Shown: in pieces, positions 46,839-56,365 of the stretch
How the letters are laid out: every line of letters begins with the position of its first letter
Numbering within the stretch: the first letter of the stretch is position 1
Assembly: GCA_946407375.1 (NCBI GenBank)
Contig: CAMJNS010000002.1
Span: 28,593-92,592, forward strand
Direction: 5' to 3'
From: an uncultured bacterium
GTDB lineage: Bacteria; Muiribacteriota; Ozemobacteria; Ozemobacterales; Ozemobacteraceae
Length of the DNA: 64,000 nt
Program-made: the position numbers and the translations under genes
Notes under the pieces: model-generated
Database searches by the model: none
What the model saw: only the letters and a program-made list of their open reading frames with translations
Told to the model about the DNA's origin: nothing

Positions 46839-46870
46839 GTAAATACAGAGCTATATTCTGTATTAATTAT

Positions 46871-49153
46871 TTACTTTTTGTTTTTATTTTTTTTATTATT
46901 TTCTAGAATTCTAGAATCTATATTTTTATCACCTACTCTAAAATATAACTTTAATTCTCTTATCAGACCAGAAGTATCTTCAACTTTTACATAAATATAC
47001 GGAAATTGATTTGTTTTTTCTATATCTTCTTCAATTTCGAAATTACGAATTCTAGGCGTATCTTTCCTAAGTGTAAAAGAAATGTCTCCATTTACATTAT
47101 GTGATACGTCAATATTTTTTTCTTCAGATAAGTTTTCACCTTCATCTGTATTAGGAATATCCAATCTTATAATTCCGTTATCTATACCTGTATAATAAAC
47201 TTTTGCATTAGGAACTAAAAATTTTGGAAAATCAGGATCATCAGATTTTTCCATATTACTCCATTTTACATTATCATCCGTCCAAACATCTAATTTATAT
47301 TCAACACCTGTTTGAAAAACAAAACTGCCACTGTTTTCAAACATCGCAACCATCTTTTTAAAGGTTCCGTTGCGTTTACCTATTTCTCCAACACCATGAA
47401 CTTTTGCTATTGAACCATCGGCTCTAGTATCAGAATAAAAATGATCTTCTACTCTTACGTTTTGATTAATAAATTTTAAATCATTATTTAACACCATTCT
47501 ATGTACATAGTTATTTTCATTTTTTTCTGTCTTTATGTTTTTATCATCAATAGAATAAATAGTGTAATAGGGTTTAAATTCAGGAGTTTTAGCTATAACC
47601 TTATAGTCATAATCAGGACCTAAATTTTCAACAAAAGAATGATATTCTTCTTCATTTGTTTTGCCTCTATAAGATTTATACAAACTAGAATTATATATTC
47701 TCATACTCTCAGAAGCTAAACAAGGTGGGAAAAACATTTGTTCACCTGTTTCAACATTAGTTACCCTTATAATAATATTTGGTTTATCGTTATCTAAAAT
47801 TCTTACGAAACCAGTATCTTTGCCTTTCTCATTGGCAGAACTAATATTTCTTTTGTCTGGCCATTCTTTAGCTGTATCTGGAGTATTTCCTAAATCTATT
47901 TTTTCAGAATAACCATAACTAATTTCTGGTCTATCTTGAATTATATTAGCAACACCAGGATTAAGATTCCCTTTTCCATCTGGAGAACCTTCTTTCGCAA
48001 AAATAGAATATCTAATCATACCGTCAAAATGAGAAAAATTAACAACATCTTTAAAAAAGCCTTGTTTTTTCTTTTTTCCACCGATTGTTACTGTTTTATT
48101 TTCTACTTCAACAATGTTTTCGGGATTATCCCATTTTTCTAAATCTTCCCAAAGTTCATTATCATTAGGACATTTATTTATTCTACCAAATGAAAATCTT
48201 GCAAAAATATTATTTTCATAATTATCTTGAATTTGAAAAGAAGGAGTTTTAAACCAATCACCAGTAGTACAAAGCAAACGAGTCTCAGATGAAGCTATTT
48301 CTGAAGAACTTGCTCCTATAGTTGGAAAACCACCAACTATAGTAGGTGGTGTTCTATCTACACAAGAGATAGTAATATTATTTTTTTCATTACAGATTTC
48401 TTCTGCTTCAACAATATTTGCTTTCTTCAAAAGTGTGTCTTTAAAATCAGAATAAATATTATTTGGTCCGTATACATGTCCATTATTACATTTACTAGTA
48501 CAAAGAGTTTTACAATCTCTACAAGATAAAGCATTTGGTTTAAACTCTTTAAAACTAGCAACATATTCATAATTACTATCCATACATAAAATATATGTAT
48601 TGGTTCCTGGTTGAGTTACTATATATTCTTTAGGAAATTCTTTTATTATCTCTGGTTCATCCGGTAAATCAGAATTATCTCCTAAAGCCAAACTATCAGA
48701 ACTAGAATCTGAATTGCCTTCAGAATCTGATAGTTTTTCTGAATTCGAATCAGAATCTGAATCTGAATTAGATTCTGATTCTTCTACTAAATTAGAATCT
48801 TCAGATTCTTTTCTCATTAAATAAAAATGCTCATTCATAAAATCCTTAAATTCTATTTCTTCATCAGTTAAAACTGCGTGTTCTAAAAAACTTTTGAAAT
48901 AACCTTTAGCTGTTTTTTGATCTACGTAACCTTCAGGGATATTTTCTTTATTTACAATGGGATACTGTTTATTTCTTTCTTGGAAAGGATTGAGATTAAC
49001 AGCAACATCTTCAAAAGTTTCAAAAGTACGACCATCTTTGCTTTCTAAAATAGCTATTTTTGAAAGATATTTTTCCATAGGAGATGCCGCCATAGAAATA
49101 TTTACACTTAATAAAGATATAAAAATACCACAACAAATTATTTTATAATTCAT
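46871..49153 (-). CDS. Large secreted hypothetical protein (760 aa)
   Basis: Signal peptide, S/D/N-rich acidic linker (SESNSDSDSDSNSEKLSDSEGNSDSSSDS), a Cys cluster, K-rich C-terminus. No family recognised. Confidence 0.6.
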   Translation of the reverse strand: MNYKIICCGIFISLLSVNISMAASPMEKYLSKIAILESKDGRTFETFEDVAVNLNPFQERNKQYPIVNKENIPEGYVDQKTAKGYFKSFLEHAVLTDEEIEFKDFMNEHFYLMRKESEDSNLVEESESNSDSDSDSNSEKLSDSEGNSDSSSDSLALGDNSDLPDEPEIIKEFPKEYIVTQPGTNTYILCMDSNYEYVASFKEFKPNALSCRDCKTLCTSKCNNGHVYGPNNIYSDFKDTLLKKANIVEAEEICNEKNNITISCVDRTPPTIVGGFPTIGASSSEIASSETRLLCTTGDWFKTPSFQIQDNYENNIFARFSFGRINKCPNDNELWEDLEKWDNPENIVEVENKTVTIGGKKKKQGFFKDVVNFSHFDGMIRYSIFAKEGSPDGKGNLNPGVANIIQDRPEISYGYSEKIDLGNTPDTAKEWPDKRNISSANEKGKDTGFVRILDNDKPNIIIRVTNVETGEQMFFPPCLASESMRIYNSSLYKSYRGKTNEEEYHSFVENLGPDYDYKVIAKTPEFKPYYTIYSIDDKNIKTEKNENNYVHRMVLNNDLKFINQNVRVEDHFYSDTRADGSIAKVHGVGEIGKRNGTFKKMVAMFENSGSFVFQTGVEYKLDVWTDDNVKWSNMEKSDDPDFPKFLVPNAKVYYTGIDNGIIRLDIPNTDEGENLSEEKNIDVSHNVNGDISFTLRKDTPRIRNFEIEEDIEKTNQFPYIYVKVEDTSGLIRELKLYFRVGDKNIDSRILENNKKNKNKK

Positions 49154-49266
49154 TAGAAATCTCCCTCTAAAATAACTATTATTCTTCTATTATACATTTT
49201 TTTTTTAACAAATGTATATAAGGTTAAAAAATTTCTTATTCCATTAATGAATTAATCTAAAATAAT

Positions 49267-49291
49267 AAAACCGCAATTTAATGCGGTTTTT
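49267..49291 (-). terminator. dnaA Rho-independent terminator
   Basis: AAAACCGCA / TGCGGTTTT stem immediately after the dnaA stop. A U-tract follows on the minus strand. Confidence 0.65.
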
Positions 49292-49293
49292 AA

Positions 49294-50658
49294 TCATTTA
49301 TTTGGATCTACAAATCGCTTTATTCGCTCAAACTCATCAGCGAAATTACTGTCTGTCTTAATCATTTTATTAATCTTATCGCAAGCATGCATTACTGTAG
49401 TATGGTCACGACCGCCAAATTTTTCACCAATCTGATTAAGAGAAGCATCTATTAAAATTTGACAAAGACGCATAGCTACTTGTCTTGGCAATACTAAATT
49501 TGCAGAACGTCTTTTTCCAATCATTTCAGCTTCAGTAATATCATAAAATTCTGCAACACGCTTAATTATCCAGCTAATACTTATTTTTCCACCTGCTGTT
49601 TCCCTAAGCATATTCTTAAGAACTTGATCAACTAAATCTTTATCAATAGGTTTGTTCATTATACCTGAAAAAGCAAGAACAGAATTAAAAGCACCCTCAA
49701 GAGCTCTTATATTTGATGTAACGCCTTGAGCCAAATACATAATTACATCTTCTGGAACAGCTACCATTGATTTTTTAGCACAATTCATCAATATTGCAGT
49801 TCTTGTTTCCAAATCAGGTTGTTGAATATCTACAACAACACCCATAGCAAATCTTGAAGCAAGACGTTCATCTACATCAGGAATTTTATCTGGAGAGGTA
49901 TCAGAGGTGAGAACAATCTGTTTCTTTTGTTGAAACAATTCATTAAAAGTATGGAAAAACTCTTCTTGAGTCTGTTCTTTTTTGGCAAAAAACTGAACAT
50001 CGTCTATTAATAATAAATCTATTTTTCTATATTTCTTTCTGAAATCATCTGTCTTTTTTTCTCTTAAAGAATCAATAAATTCATTAGTAAATGTTTCAGA
50101 AGAAAGATAGGCAATTTTTACCTTTGGGTCATTCTTTAAAATTTCGTGACCTATAGCCTGTATTAAATGAGTTTTTCCTAATCCGACACCGCCATAAATA
50201 AAAACAGGGTTATGCAAACTGCCTGGACTCTTAGTCACACCTTGGCAAACAGCATAAGCAAACTGATTACTTTTTCCAACAACAAAAGAATCAAAAGTAT
50301 ATTTTGAATTAAACATAGATTCATATTTGGAAGAAGAAACTTTTGCTACTGGTGTAACAACAGTATCTGAAAGTGTTGGCAGCGATGGCTGTAGTGGTTT
50401 TGCTAAATTTTTACCAGACTTAACTATTATTTCATAATTCAAACCAGGATCAAACTCTTTTAATATTCTATTAATATCTTTCTCATAACGTTTATTTATT
50501 AAATCACGACAAACCTCATTAACAGATACTAATGTAAGAATATTGTTTTCAAGCTTATCTGGCTTTATAGAACCAATAAAAATCTTTGAAGAACCTGAAT
50601 TTTCAGCATTTACTCTTTCTATTATTTTTTGCCATACAGATTCCATTGTTGTTATCAT
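49294..50658 (-). CDS. dnaA: Chromosomal replication initiator protein DnaA
   Basis: Walker A GGVGLGKTHL, LLIDDVQF, sensor motifs, C-terminal DNA-binding GGRDHTTVMHA. Confidence 0.95.
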   Translation of the reverse strand: MITTMESVWQKIIERVNAENSGSSKIFIGSIKPDKLENNILTLVSVNEVCRDLINKRYEKDINRILKEFDPGLNYEIIVKSGKNLAKPLQPSLPTLSDTVVTPVAKVSSSKYESMFNSKYTFDSFVVGKSNQFAYAVCQGVTKSPGSLHNPVFIYGGVGLGKTHLIQAIGHEILKNDPKVKIAYLSSETFTNEFIDSLREKKTDDFRKKYRKIDLLLIDDVQFFAKKEQTQEEFFHTFNELFQQKKQIVLTSDTSPDKIPDVDERLASRFAMGVVVDIQQPDLETRTAILMNCAKKSMVAVPEDVIMYLAQGVTSNIRALEGAFNSVLAFSGIMNKPIDKDLVDQVLKNMLRETAGGKISISWIIKRVAEFYDITEAEMIGKRRSANLVLPRQVAMRLCQILIDASLNQIGEKFGGRDHTTVMHACDKINKMIKTDSNFADEFERIKRFVDPNK

Positions 50659-51229
50659 TGTACATAAACCCTTTGTTTGCTTTGTACATTATTTTATTCG
50701 AAAGAAAGCTTATTATTTGCTTTTTTAAGCATAAATAGTGTACAATTAAGATTAATGAAATATAACAGACAAATACAAACTAAGCAAGATTTTTATATAC
50801 TCATATTTTGATAATTAAAGGTAAAACTAAGTTAATATATTGTGGATAAGAAGTGGAAAAAATTACATATATATAAACTTGTGGATAACTTATATAAAAG
50901 TGCAAAACATAAACAAACTTTAAACAACATTATCCACTATTAAAAAACAAGATTACAAAAGTTGTACACTTAGTTTTCCACAATATCAACATGTATTAAT
51001 ATTACAAATACTAAATTATATATATAAATATATTTATAAAAATATTAGAAAAGTTGTAAAACAAGCTTATTTTCACTTAAGCTATATTATCTTGATAATT
51101 TTTAAAAATATTATATATTAGAGTATGAGTGTACTATTAAGTCAAATATAGGCTTAAATTAGTTAACAACAAGAATTCATAATCATTTATAAGAGTAATA
51201 AGTTATATAAGTTTTTGGAATAAGCAGGT
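50659..51229. other. oriC-like replication origin region
   Basis: DnaA boxes: TGTGGATAA at 50841-50849 and 50880-50888 (perfect, reverse orientation), TTATCCACT at 50930-50938, TTTTCCACA at 50974-50982, and a weaker AGTGGAAAA at 50852-50860. An extremely AT-rich stretch at about 50990-51060 is a candidate DUE. Four TGTACA palindromes are also present. Confidence 0.75.
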
Positions 51230-54200
51230 ATGAAACGTTTTTTTAACATTAATAATCTGTTTTTGTTTGCAACAATAGTAATATTGCCTATTTGCGTTGC
51301 TTATTATTCCATAAACAATATGATTGAAGAACAATACCATGCTACTTGTGAAAGTGTTTCTGATGAACTTCGACGACAGATAGCTGACTTAGCATCTACT
51401 TCTAAAGCTGAATATCAAATTAAAGATTTTCTTGAAACACTTATAAAAGAAAAAAAAATATGTCGTCAAAAACCAGAAGAAATAAAAAAATTTATAGAAA
51501 ATCTTGATAAAATTTATCCTGGTGCTTTCAAATGGGTTTTTATTGATGAAAATTATAAATTATTGCCTATAAAATCTAAGAATATCTTAGAAGCTTCAAG
51601 ATATTGGCAGTATTGTTTAAAAGGCGGAATATATTGGTATAATAGGTTTTATTCTGGCACTAGACCTTCAGATTATTCAGAAACTATGAGAGACTATAAA
51701 AATTATAGATCTGTAATTCAAAGAATGATTGGTAATCTTTATAAAGTTGAACATATTTTTGAAATCAGAAATGAAGTAAATAAATCAAGTTGGGACGATG
51801 AAGAAGAGGATAATGAAACAACCAAAAATAAAAATCTTGATGAAGCAATCAAATCCAATAAAGATATTAAAGAAATTTATAATCGGATATTTAAATCTAA
51901 TTGGAATTACAAAGATTGCTATGTTATTTGGAATGTAGATGGTATTTCTTATACTGATTATAATACTGCAAAAGAAATTGCAGGTGCTTGTGCTCTTATG
52001 ATTTTTCCTGAAAATCTTCCAGAGAATATTTGGTATAAGCGTTTAATTGTTCGCAGACAAAGTTCTAAAGAAAAATATAAATATCCTATAGCAGCAGTAA
52101 ATATTACAAAAAATGAGTCTTTTGTTCTAGATTCAACACTTCCAAATGATAAAGAATTTGTTAAAGGTCTTATAGATGCTTACAATAAAAGAACTAAAGA
52201 ACTTTTTATTTATAAAAACTATATTGTTGGTTCCACTGTAGCTCCTCAAGAATCAGAAATACGCATTCTTTCTATGGTGAATATGTCTGATGCCTTAATG
52301 AAAAAAGGCTATATGCAATTGTTACTAATAATATCTTGTCTTTTATTTGTAGCAATATCTATTGCAATTTCTTTTTATATAAAAAATATCCGTTTTGCTA
52401 TAGTATCTCTCAGACATAGAATAGCTGCAATTTTTATGTTAGCTATGATTCTTCCTTTATTAAGTCTTATAAGTATGGGTAGTACTTTTATTTCAAATGA
52501 AGAAAATCGTTTGAAAGAATCTGCTTTTGTAAAAATGCGTGCTGGCTTTGAAGCTTTGAATATGCGATATAAAGATACTCCAAGATTAATAGAAAGTGGA
52601 TTAAACGATTATATAATGAATTTATTAGGAACAGGTCCATATACAATAGAAGATATTGGAAATTCTATGTCTAAAGCAGTTAATGAAGGTATGATTTACC
52701 AGTTTGTTTTAGTTAGAAAAGACGAGGTTGCTACAACAAGTTGGAATAATATAGATGAATTAATGAAAAAAACTATTATTTATGGTGCTAGAAAGTATCT
52801 AGATATAGAAGACCCAGTAATTAATAATAAAAATACTCGAAATAATTTAATGGCAGAGGCAAAAGATGCTATTCAAGACGAAATAGCAGATATTAGTTCT
52901 TTCCTTAGTAGATCAGAAGATCAATTTATGTATAATTTTTCAAGACCTTCACATTTAAGACATATGTTATATGTTGATATGCATATGTATTTTATGGGAA
53001 TTACAGTTGTTGTTGATAATGAGCTAAGTTTGCTTTTAATTTATTTATCTGACACAATAGTAGAAAAAAATTTTGCTATGAAAGAATTTTCTGCTAACAA
53101 CATAGCTGCTCAGGAACAAAATAATAGTGTTATAATTCCAGAATTATCTTTTTATTCTACATATATAGGTACAGAATCTGTTCATTTCCCTGCTGAAACG
53201 CCTATTTGGAATAAGCTTGGAGATACAATAACACGTTCTTGTGAACTGAAAATAGAAGAAACAGGAATAGTTAATATAGAAAATGAAAATTTTCTGTATT
53301 TGACAAAACCAATAAGTAGTATGCATTCCCAATCCTATCAACCTTGTTTACTTACTTCCACAATACCAATAGATTCTCGAATACGAGACTTTATTATATT
53401 ACTGGTTACAACATCATCCTTTGCTGTAATGGGGTCTTTTTTATTAAGTTTTGTTTTATCATCTAATTTGCTTGTTCCTATAAAAAAGATTGATTCTGCT
53501 GCTCAACAAATAGGAAAAGGTATGTTGAATGTTGTTTTACCTGTTGAGGGAAACGATGAATTAAGCCGTCTAAGTGTAACTTTTAATGAAATGGTTAAAG
53601 GTTTAAGAGAACGAAATAGAATGAAAGCCTATGTTTCAGAATCAGTGTTAGAAGCTGTTAAAGATAATAGCGATACTTCTATTCGTGTTGGTAAATATGT
53701 TGAAGCAACAATTCTTTTTTCTGATATACGAAATTTTACTGGAATTAGTGAAGCAAATGAACCAGAAGTAGTATTTAAAACATTAAATGAGTTTTTTAGT
53801 GGAGCTGAACCAATAATTAGAATGAATCATGGTCGTGTAGATAAATACATAGGCGATGCTGTTATGGCTGTTTTCCACCAAACTATACCAGAATATCATG
53901 CTTTAAGTGCTATTAAAGCAGCTGTTAGAATGAAATATTTTGTTAGTCTTATGAACAAGGATAGAATTGAAAAAGGCTTGTTTCCTATTGAGATAGGAAT
54001 AGGAATCAGTACTGGTCATGTGTTGTTAGGTGATGTTGGAAGTCACCGTCGTAAAGATTTAACGGTTATAGGTGATGAAGTAAATCTTGCTTCTAGACTA
54101 GAATCTGCTTCAAAACAAGGTCATTATACAAAGATTATTTTTTCAGGACAAACTTTAAAATTTATTGAAGAATATGTAGAAGCTGTTAAAATGCCTTTTG

Positions 54201-54271
54201 AAGAAATACGTGGAAAAAAGAATGCAGTACAAATTTATGAACTTATAAATTTAAAAAATATAGAAATGTAA
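51230..54271 (+). CDS. Membrane-bound class III adenylate/guanylate cyclase with HAMP and two large extracytoplasmic regions
   Basis: HAMP (PIKKIDSAAQQIGKG...LSVTFNEMVKGL). Cyclase core ATILFSDIRNFTGISE, KYIGDAVMAVF, GDEVNLASRLE. Multiple TM segments. Confidence 0.85.
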   Translation: MKRFFNINNLFLFATIVILPICVAYYSINNMIEEQYHATCESVSDELRRQIADLASTSKAEYQIKDFLETLIKEKKICRQKPEEIKKFIENLDKIYPGAFKWVFIDENYKLLPIKSKNILEASRYWQYCLKGGIYWYNRFYSGTRPSDYSETMRDYKNYRSVIQRMIGNLYKVEHIFEIRNEVNKSSWDDEEEDNETTKNKNLDEAIKSNKDIKEIYNRIFKSNWNYKDCYVIWNVDGISYTDYNTAKEIAGACALMIFPENLPENIWYKRLIVRRQSSKEKYKYPIAAVNITKNESFVLDSTLPNDKEFVKGLIDAYNKRTKELFIYKNYIVGSTVAPQESEIRILSMVNMSDALMKKGYMQLLLIISCLLFVAISIAISFYIKNIRFAIVSLRHRIAAIFMLAMILPLLSLISMGSTFISNEENRLKESAFVKMRAGFEALNMRYKDTPRLIESGLNDYIMNLLGTGPYTIEDIGNSMSKAVNEGMIYQFVLVRKDEVATTSWNNIDELMKKTIIYGARKYLDIEDPVINNKNTRNNLMAEAKDAIQDEIADISSFLSRSEDQFMYNFSRPSHLRHMLYVDMHMYFMGITVVVDNELSLLLIYLSDTIVEKNFAMKEFSANNIAAQEQNNSVIIPELSFYSTYIGTESVHFPAETPIWNKLGDTITRSCELKIEETGIVNIENENFLYLTKPISSMHSQSYQPCLLTSTIPIDSRIRDFIILLVTTSSFAVMGSFLLSFVLSSNLLVPIKKIDSAAQQIGKGMLNVVLPVEGNDELSRLSVTFNEMVKGLRERNRMKAYVSESVLEAVKDNSDTSIRVGKYVEATILFSDIRNFTGISEANEPEVVFKTLNEFFSGAEPIIRMNHGRVDKYIGDAVMAVFHQTIPEYHALSAIKAAVRMKYFVSLMNKDRIEKGLFPIEIGIGISTGHVLLGDVGSHRRKDLTVIGDEVNLASRLESASKQGHYTKIIFSGQTLKFIEEYVEAVKMPFEEIRGKKNAVQIYELINLKNIEM

Positions 54272-54290
54272 AAAATAATTTGGAGTAAAA

Positions 54291-55583
54291 ATGGAAAATA
54301 TTCTATTAAAACGCCCAGAACTAATGGCTCCAGCAGGTGATATGATTAGTCTTCGAGCAGCTTTAGACTCAGGTGCTGATGCTGTTTATTTTGGGATAGT
54401 CTCTATGAATATGAGAGCAAATGCCAAAAACTTTTCTGTTGAAGAGTTACCTGAAGTAACAAGAATTTGTCATGAAGCTAACGCAAAAGCTTATTTGGCT
54501 TTAAATACAATAATATTTGAAAAAGAAGTTAATTTGGCGGAAGAACTTGTTCAAAAAGCAGCTCAAGCTAAGGTTGATGGAATTATTTGCTGGGATTTTT
54601 CTGTAGTAGATATTGCTTTAAAGCATAAAATGAAAGTAATACTATCTACTCAAATGTCTGTTGCAAATGCTCATTCTATGGCTTTTTTATACAAGAGTTT
54701 TGGTATTCAACGTTTTGTTTTGGCTAGAGAATGCACTTTAGATGAAATAAGCAATATTAGAAGTAGTTTAAATAGTCTTTTGGGAAAAGAAGCTTCAAAA
54801 ATTGAAATAGAAGTTTTTGCCCATGGAGCTATGTGTGTCTCTGTTAGCGGTCGTTGTTTTATGTCTCAATTTGCTTTTAATGAATCAGCTAATCGTGGTG
54901 AATGTAGACAACCCTGTCGCAGAGAATATTTAATTAAAGATATTCGTGAGGGAAAAGAATTTTTAATAGGTCAAAACTATGTTATGAGTCCTAAAGATCT
55001 TTGTTCTCTGCCATTTTTAGAAAAAGTATTAGATGTTGGAGTAGATAGCTTAAAAATAGAAGGCCGTGGTCGTAGTTCTGAGTATGTTTCTGTTGTTACT
55101 AAATCATATAGACGTTTTATTGATTTTTATATGGAAAATAGAAATAAAGCTGATTTTGAACAACAATTAGAACCTTTAAGAAAAGAATTAATAGAAAATG
55201 TAGATTCTGTTTTCCATAGAGGTTTTTCTAATGGATTTTTCTTTGGTCGACAAATAGGAGAATGGAGTGGCGGTAATGGTTCAAAAGCTACTCATAGAAA
55301 AACTCATGTTGGTACTGTAACTAATTTCTTTAAAAAAGTATCTGTTGCTGAAATAAAAGTTGAAGGAAGAGATTTTAAAGTAGGCGATGAGTTAATGTTT
55401 CAAGGACCAACAACAGGAGTAAAAACTCTTAAAGTTATTTCTATAGAAGAAAATGAAAAATCTGTAGAAGTTGCTAGAAAAGGTACTCTAGTTGGTGTTA
55501 AACTAACTGAAATTGTAAGAGAAAATGATCAAGTATTTATGATTGTTCCTGTTGAAGAAGTTAAACATTTAAAGCAAAATTGA
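54291..55583 (+). CDS. Peptidase U32 family protein
   Basis: PELMAPAGD...AALDSGADAVYFG, LKIEGRGRS motif. 430 aa. Confidence 0.85.
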   Translation: MENILLKRPELMAPAGDMISLRAALDSGADAVYFGIVSMNMRANAKNFSVEELPEVTRICHEANAKAYLALNTIIFEKEVNLAEELVQKAAQAKVDGIICWDFSVVDIALKHKMKVILSTQMSVANAHSMAFLYKSFGIQRFVLARECTLDEISNIRSSLNSLLGKEASKIEIEVFAHGAMCVSVSGRCFMSQFAFNESANRGECRQPCRREYLIKDIREGKEFLIGQNYVMSPKDLCSLPFLEKVLDVGVDSLKIEGRGRSSEYVSVVTKSYRRFIDFYMENRNKADFEQQLEPLRKELIENVDSVFHRGFSNGFFFGRQIGEWSGGNGSKATHRKTHVGTVTNFFKKVSVAEIKVEGRDFKVGDELMFQGPTTGVKTLKVISIEENEKSVEVARKGTLVGVKLTEIVRENDQVFMIVPVEEVKHLKQN

Positions 55584-55605
55584 TTTGGTTATGGAGTAGT
55601 AAATT

Positions 55606-56310
55606 ATGAAAAAAGGTTGTTTAGGTTGTCTTGGTTGTGGTTGTTTGTTGGTTATATTATTTATAGTTGTACCAACTATTTATGGTTATTATTGGGCAAC
55701 CACAGAAGGTAGAAAATTATTAGTTGAAGGAGTTCAAACTGTTACAGAAGAAGGTTGTAAGTATGCTTTTGAACCAGAAACAGCAGCAGAAATAGCTTCT
55801 CTTACAAAAGAAATAAGAGATGAAGTAGCCTGTGGAAATATCGGTATAGTAGAGTCTTTTAACTATGTCGTGCAAAATGTAAAAGATAATGAAAAGCTTC
55901 AGGGGCAAGTTATTTTTGCTTTTATTTACAGATTCATAAAAGGAAAGGTTACTAAGCCTGGAGAAAAACCAATTCTAGTAGATGAAGAAGGAGCTGAAGC
56001 CGTTAGACAAATAATGTATGCTTTAAGTCAGGGTAAGATAGATGCAAAAAGTGCTACGAATACATTTGCTCCAATATTAGATAAAAAAAATAATACAGAA
56101 ATAGATACAAGTAACGGTCAGTTTAAGGTTAAAAAAGTTAAACAGGATATTACTAAGGAAGATATGGAGAAAGTTGTTAAGGCTTTAAAAGAATATGTTA
56201 AAATAAACAATCTTGAAAAACCCTCTGAAGAAGTAACTACAGATTCCTTAGCAAAAGAAGAAATTATTAAATTCTTAGAAGGTTTAAAGAATCTTAAGAA
56301 TAAAAAATAA
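55606..56310 (+). CDS. Membrane-anchored hypothetical protein
   Basis: Cys/Gly-rich N-terminus plus a TM helix (GCLGCLGCGCLLVILFIVV). The rest is unrecognised. Confidence 0.5.
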   Translation: MKKGCLGCLGCGCLLVILFIVVPTIYGYYWATTEGRKLLVEGVQTVTEEGCKYAFEPETAAEIASLTKEIRDEVACGNIGIVESFNYVVQNVKDNEKLQGQVIFAFIYRFIKGKVTKPGEKPILVDEEGAEAVRQIMYALSQGKIDAKSATNTFAPILDKKNNTEIDTSNGQFKVKKVKQDITKEDMEKVVKALKEYVKINNLEKPSEEVTTDSLAKEEIIKFLEGLKNLKNKK

Positions 56311-56319
56311 GTAAAAATA

Positions 56320-56359
56320 AAAAATCCCTTTCCAAGTTTAAAGGAAAGGGATTTTTTTA
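56320..56359. terminator. Bidirectional Rho-independent terminator between convergent genes
   Basis: ATCCCTTTCC / GGAAAGGGAT 10-bp stem, A-run before and T7 after. Confidence 0.75.
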
Positions 56360-56365
56360 CTATTT

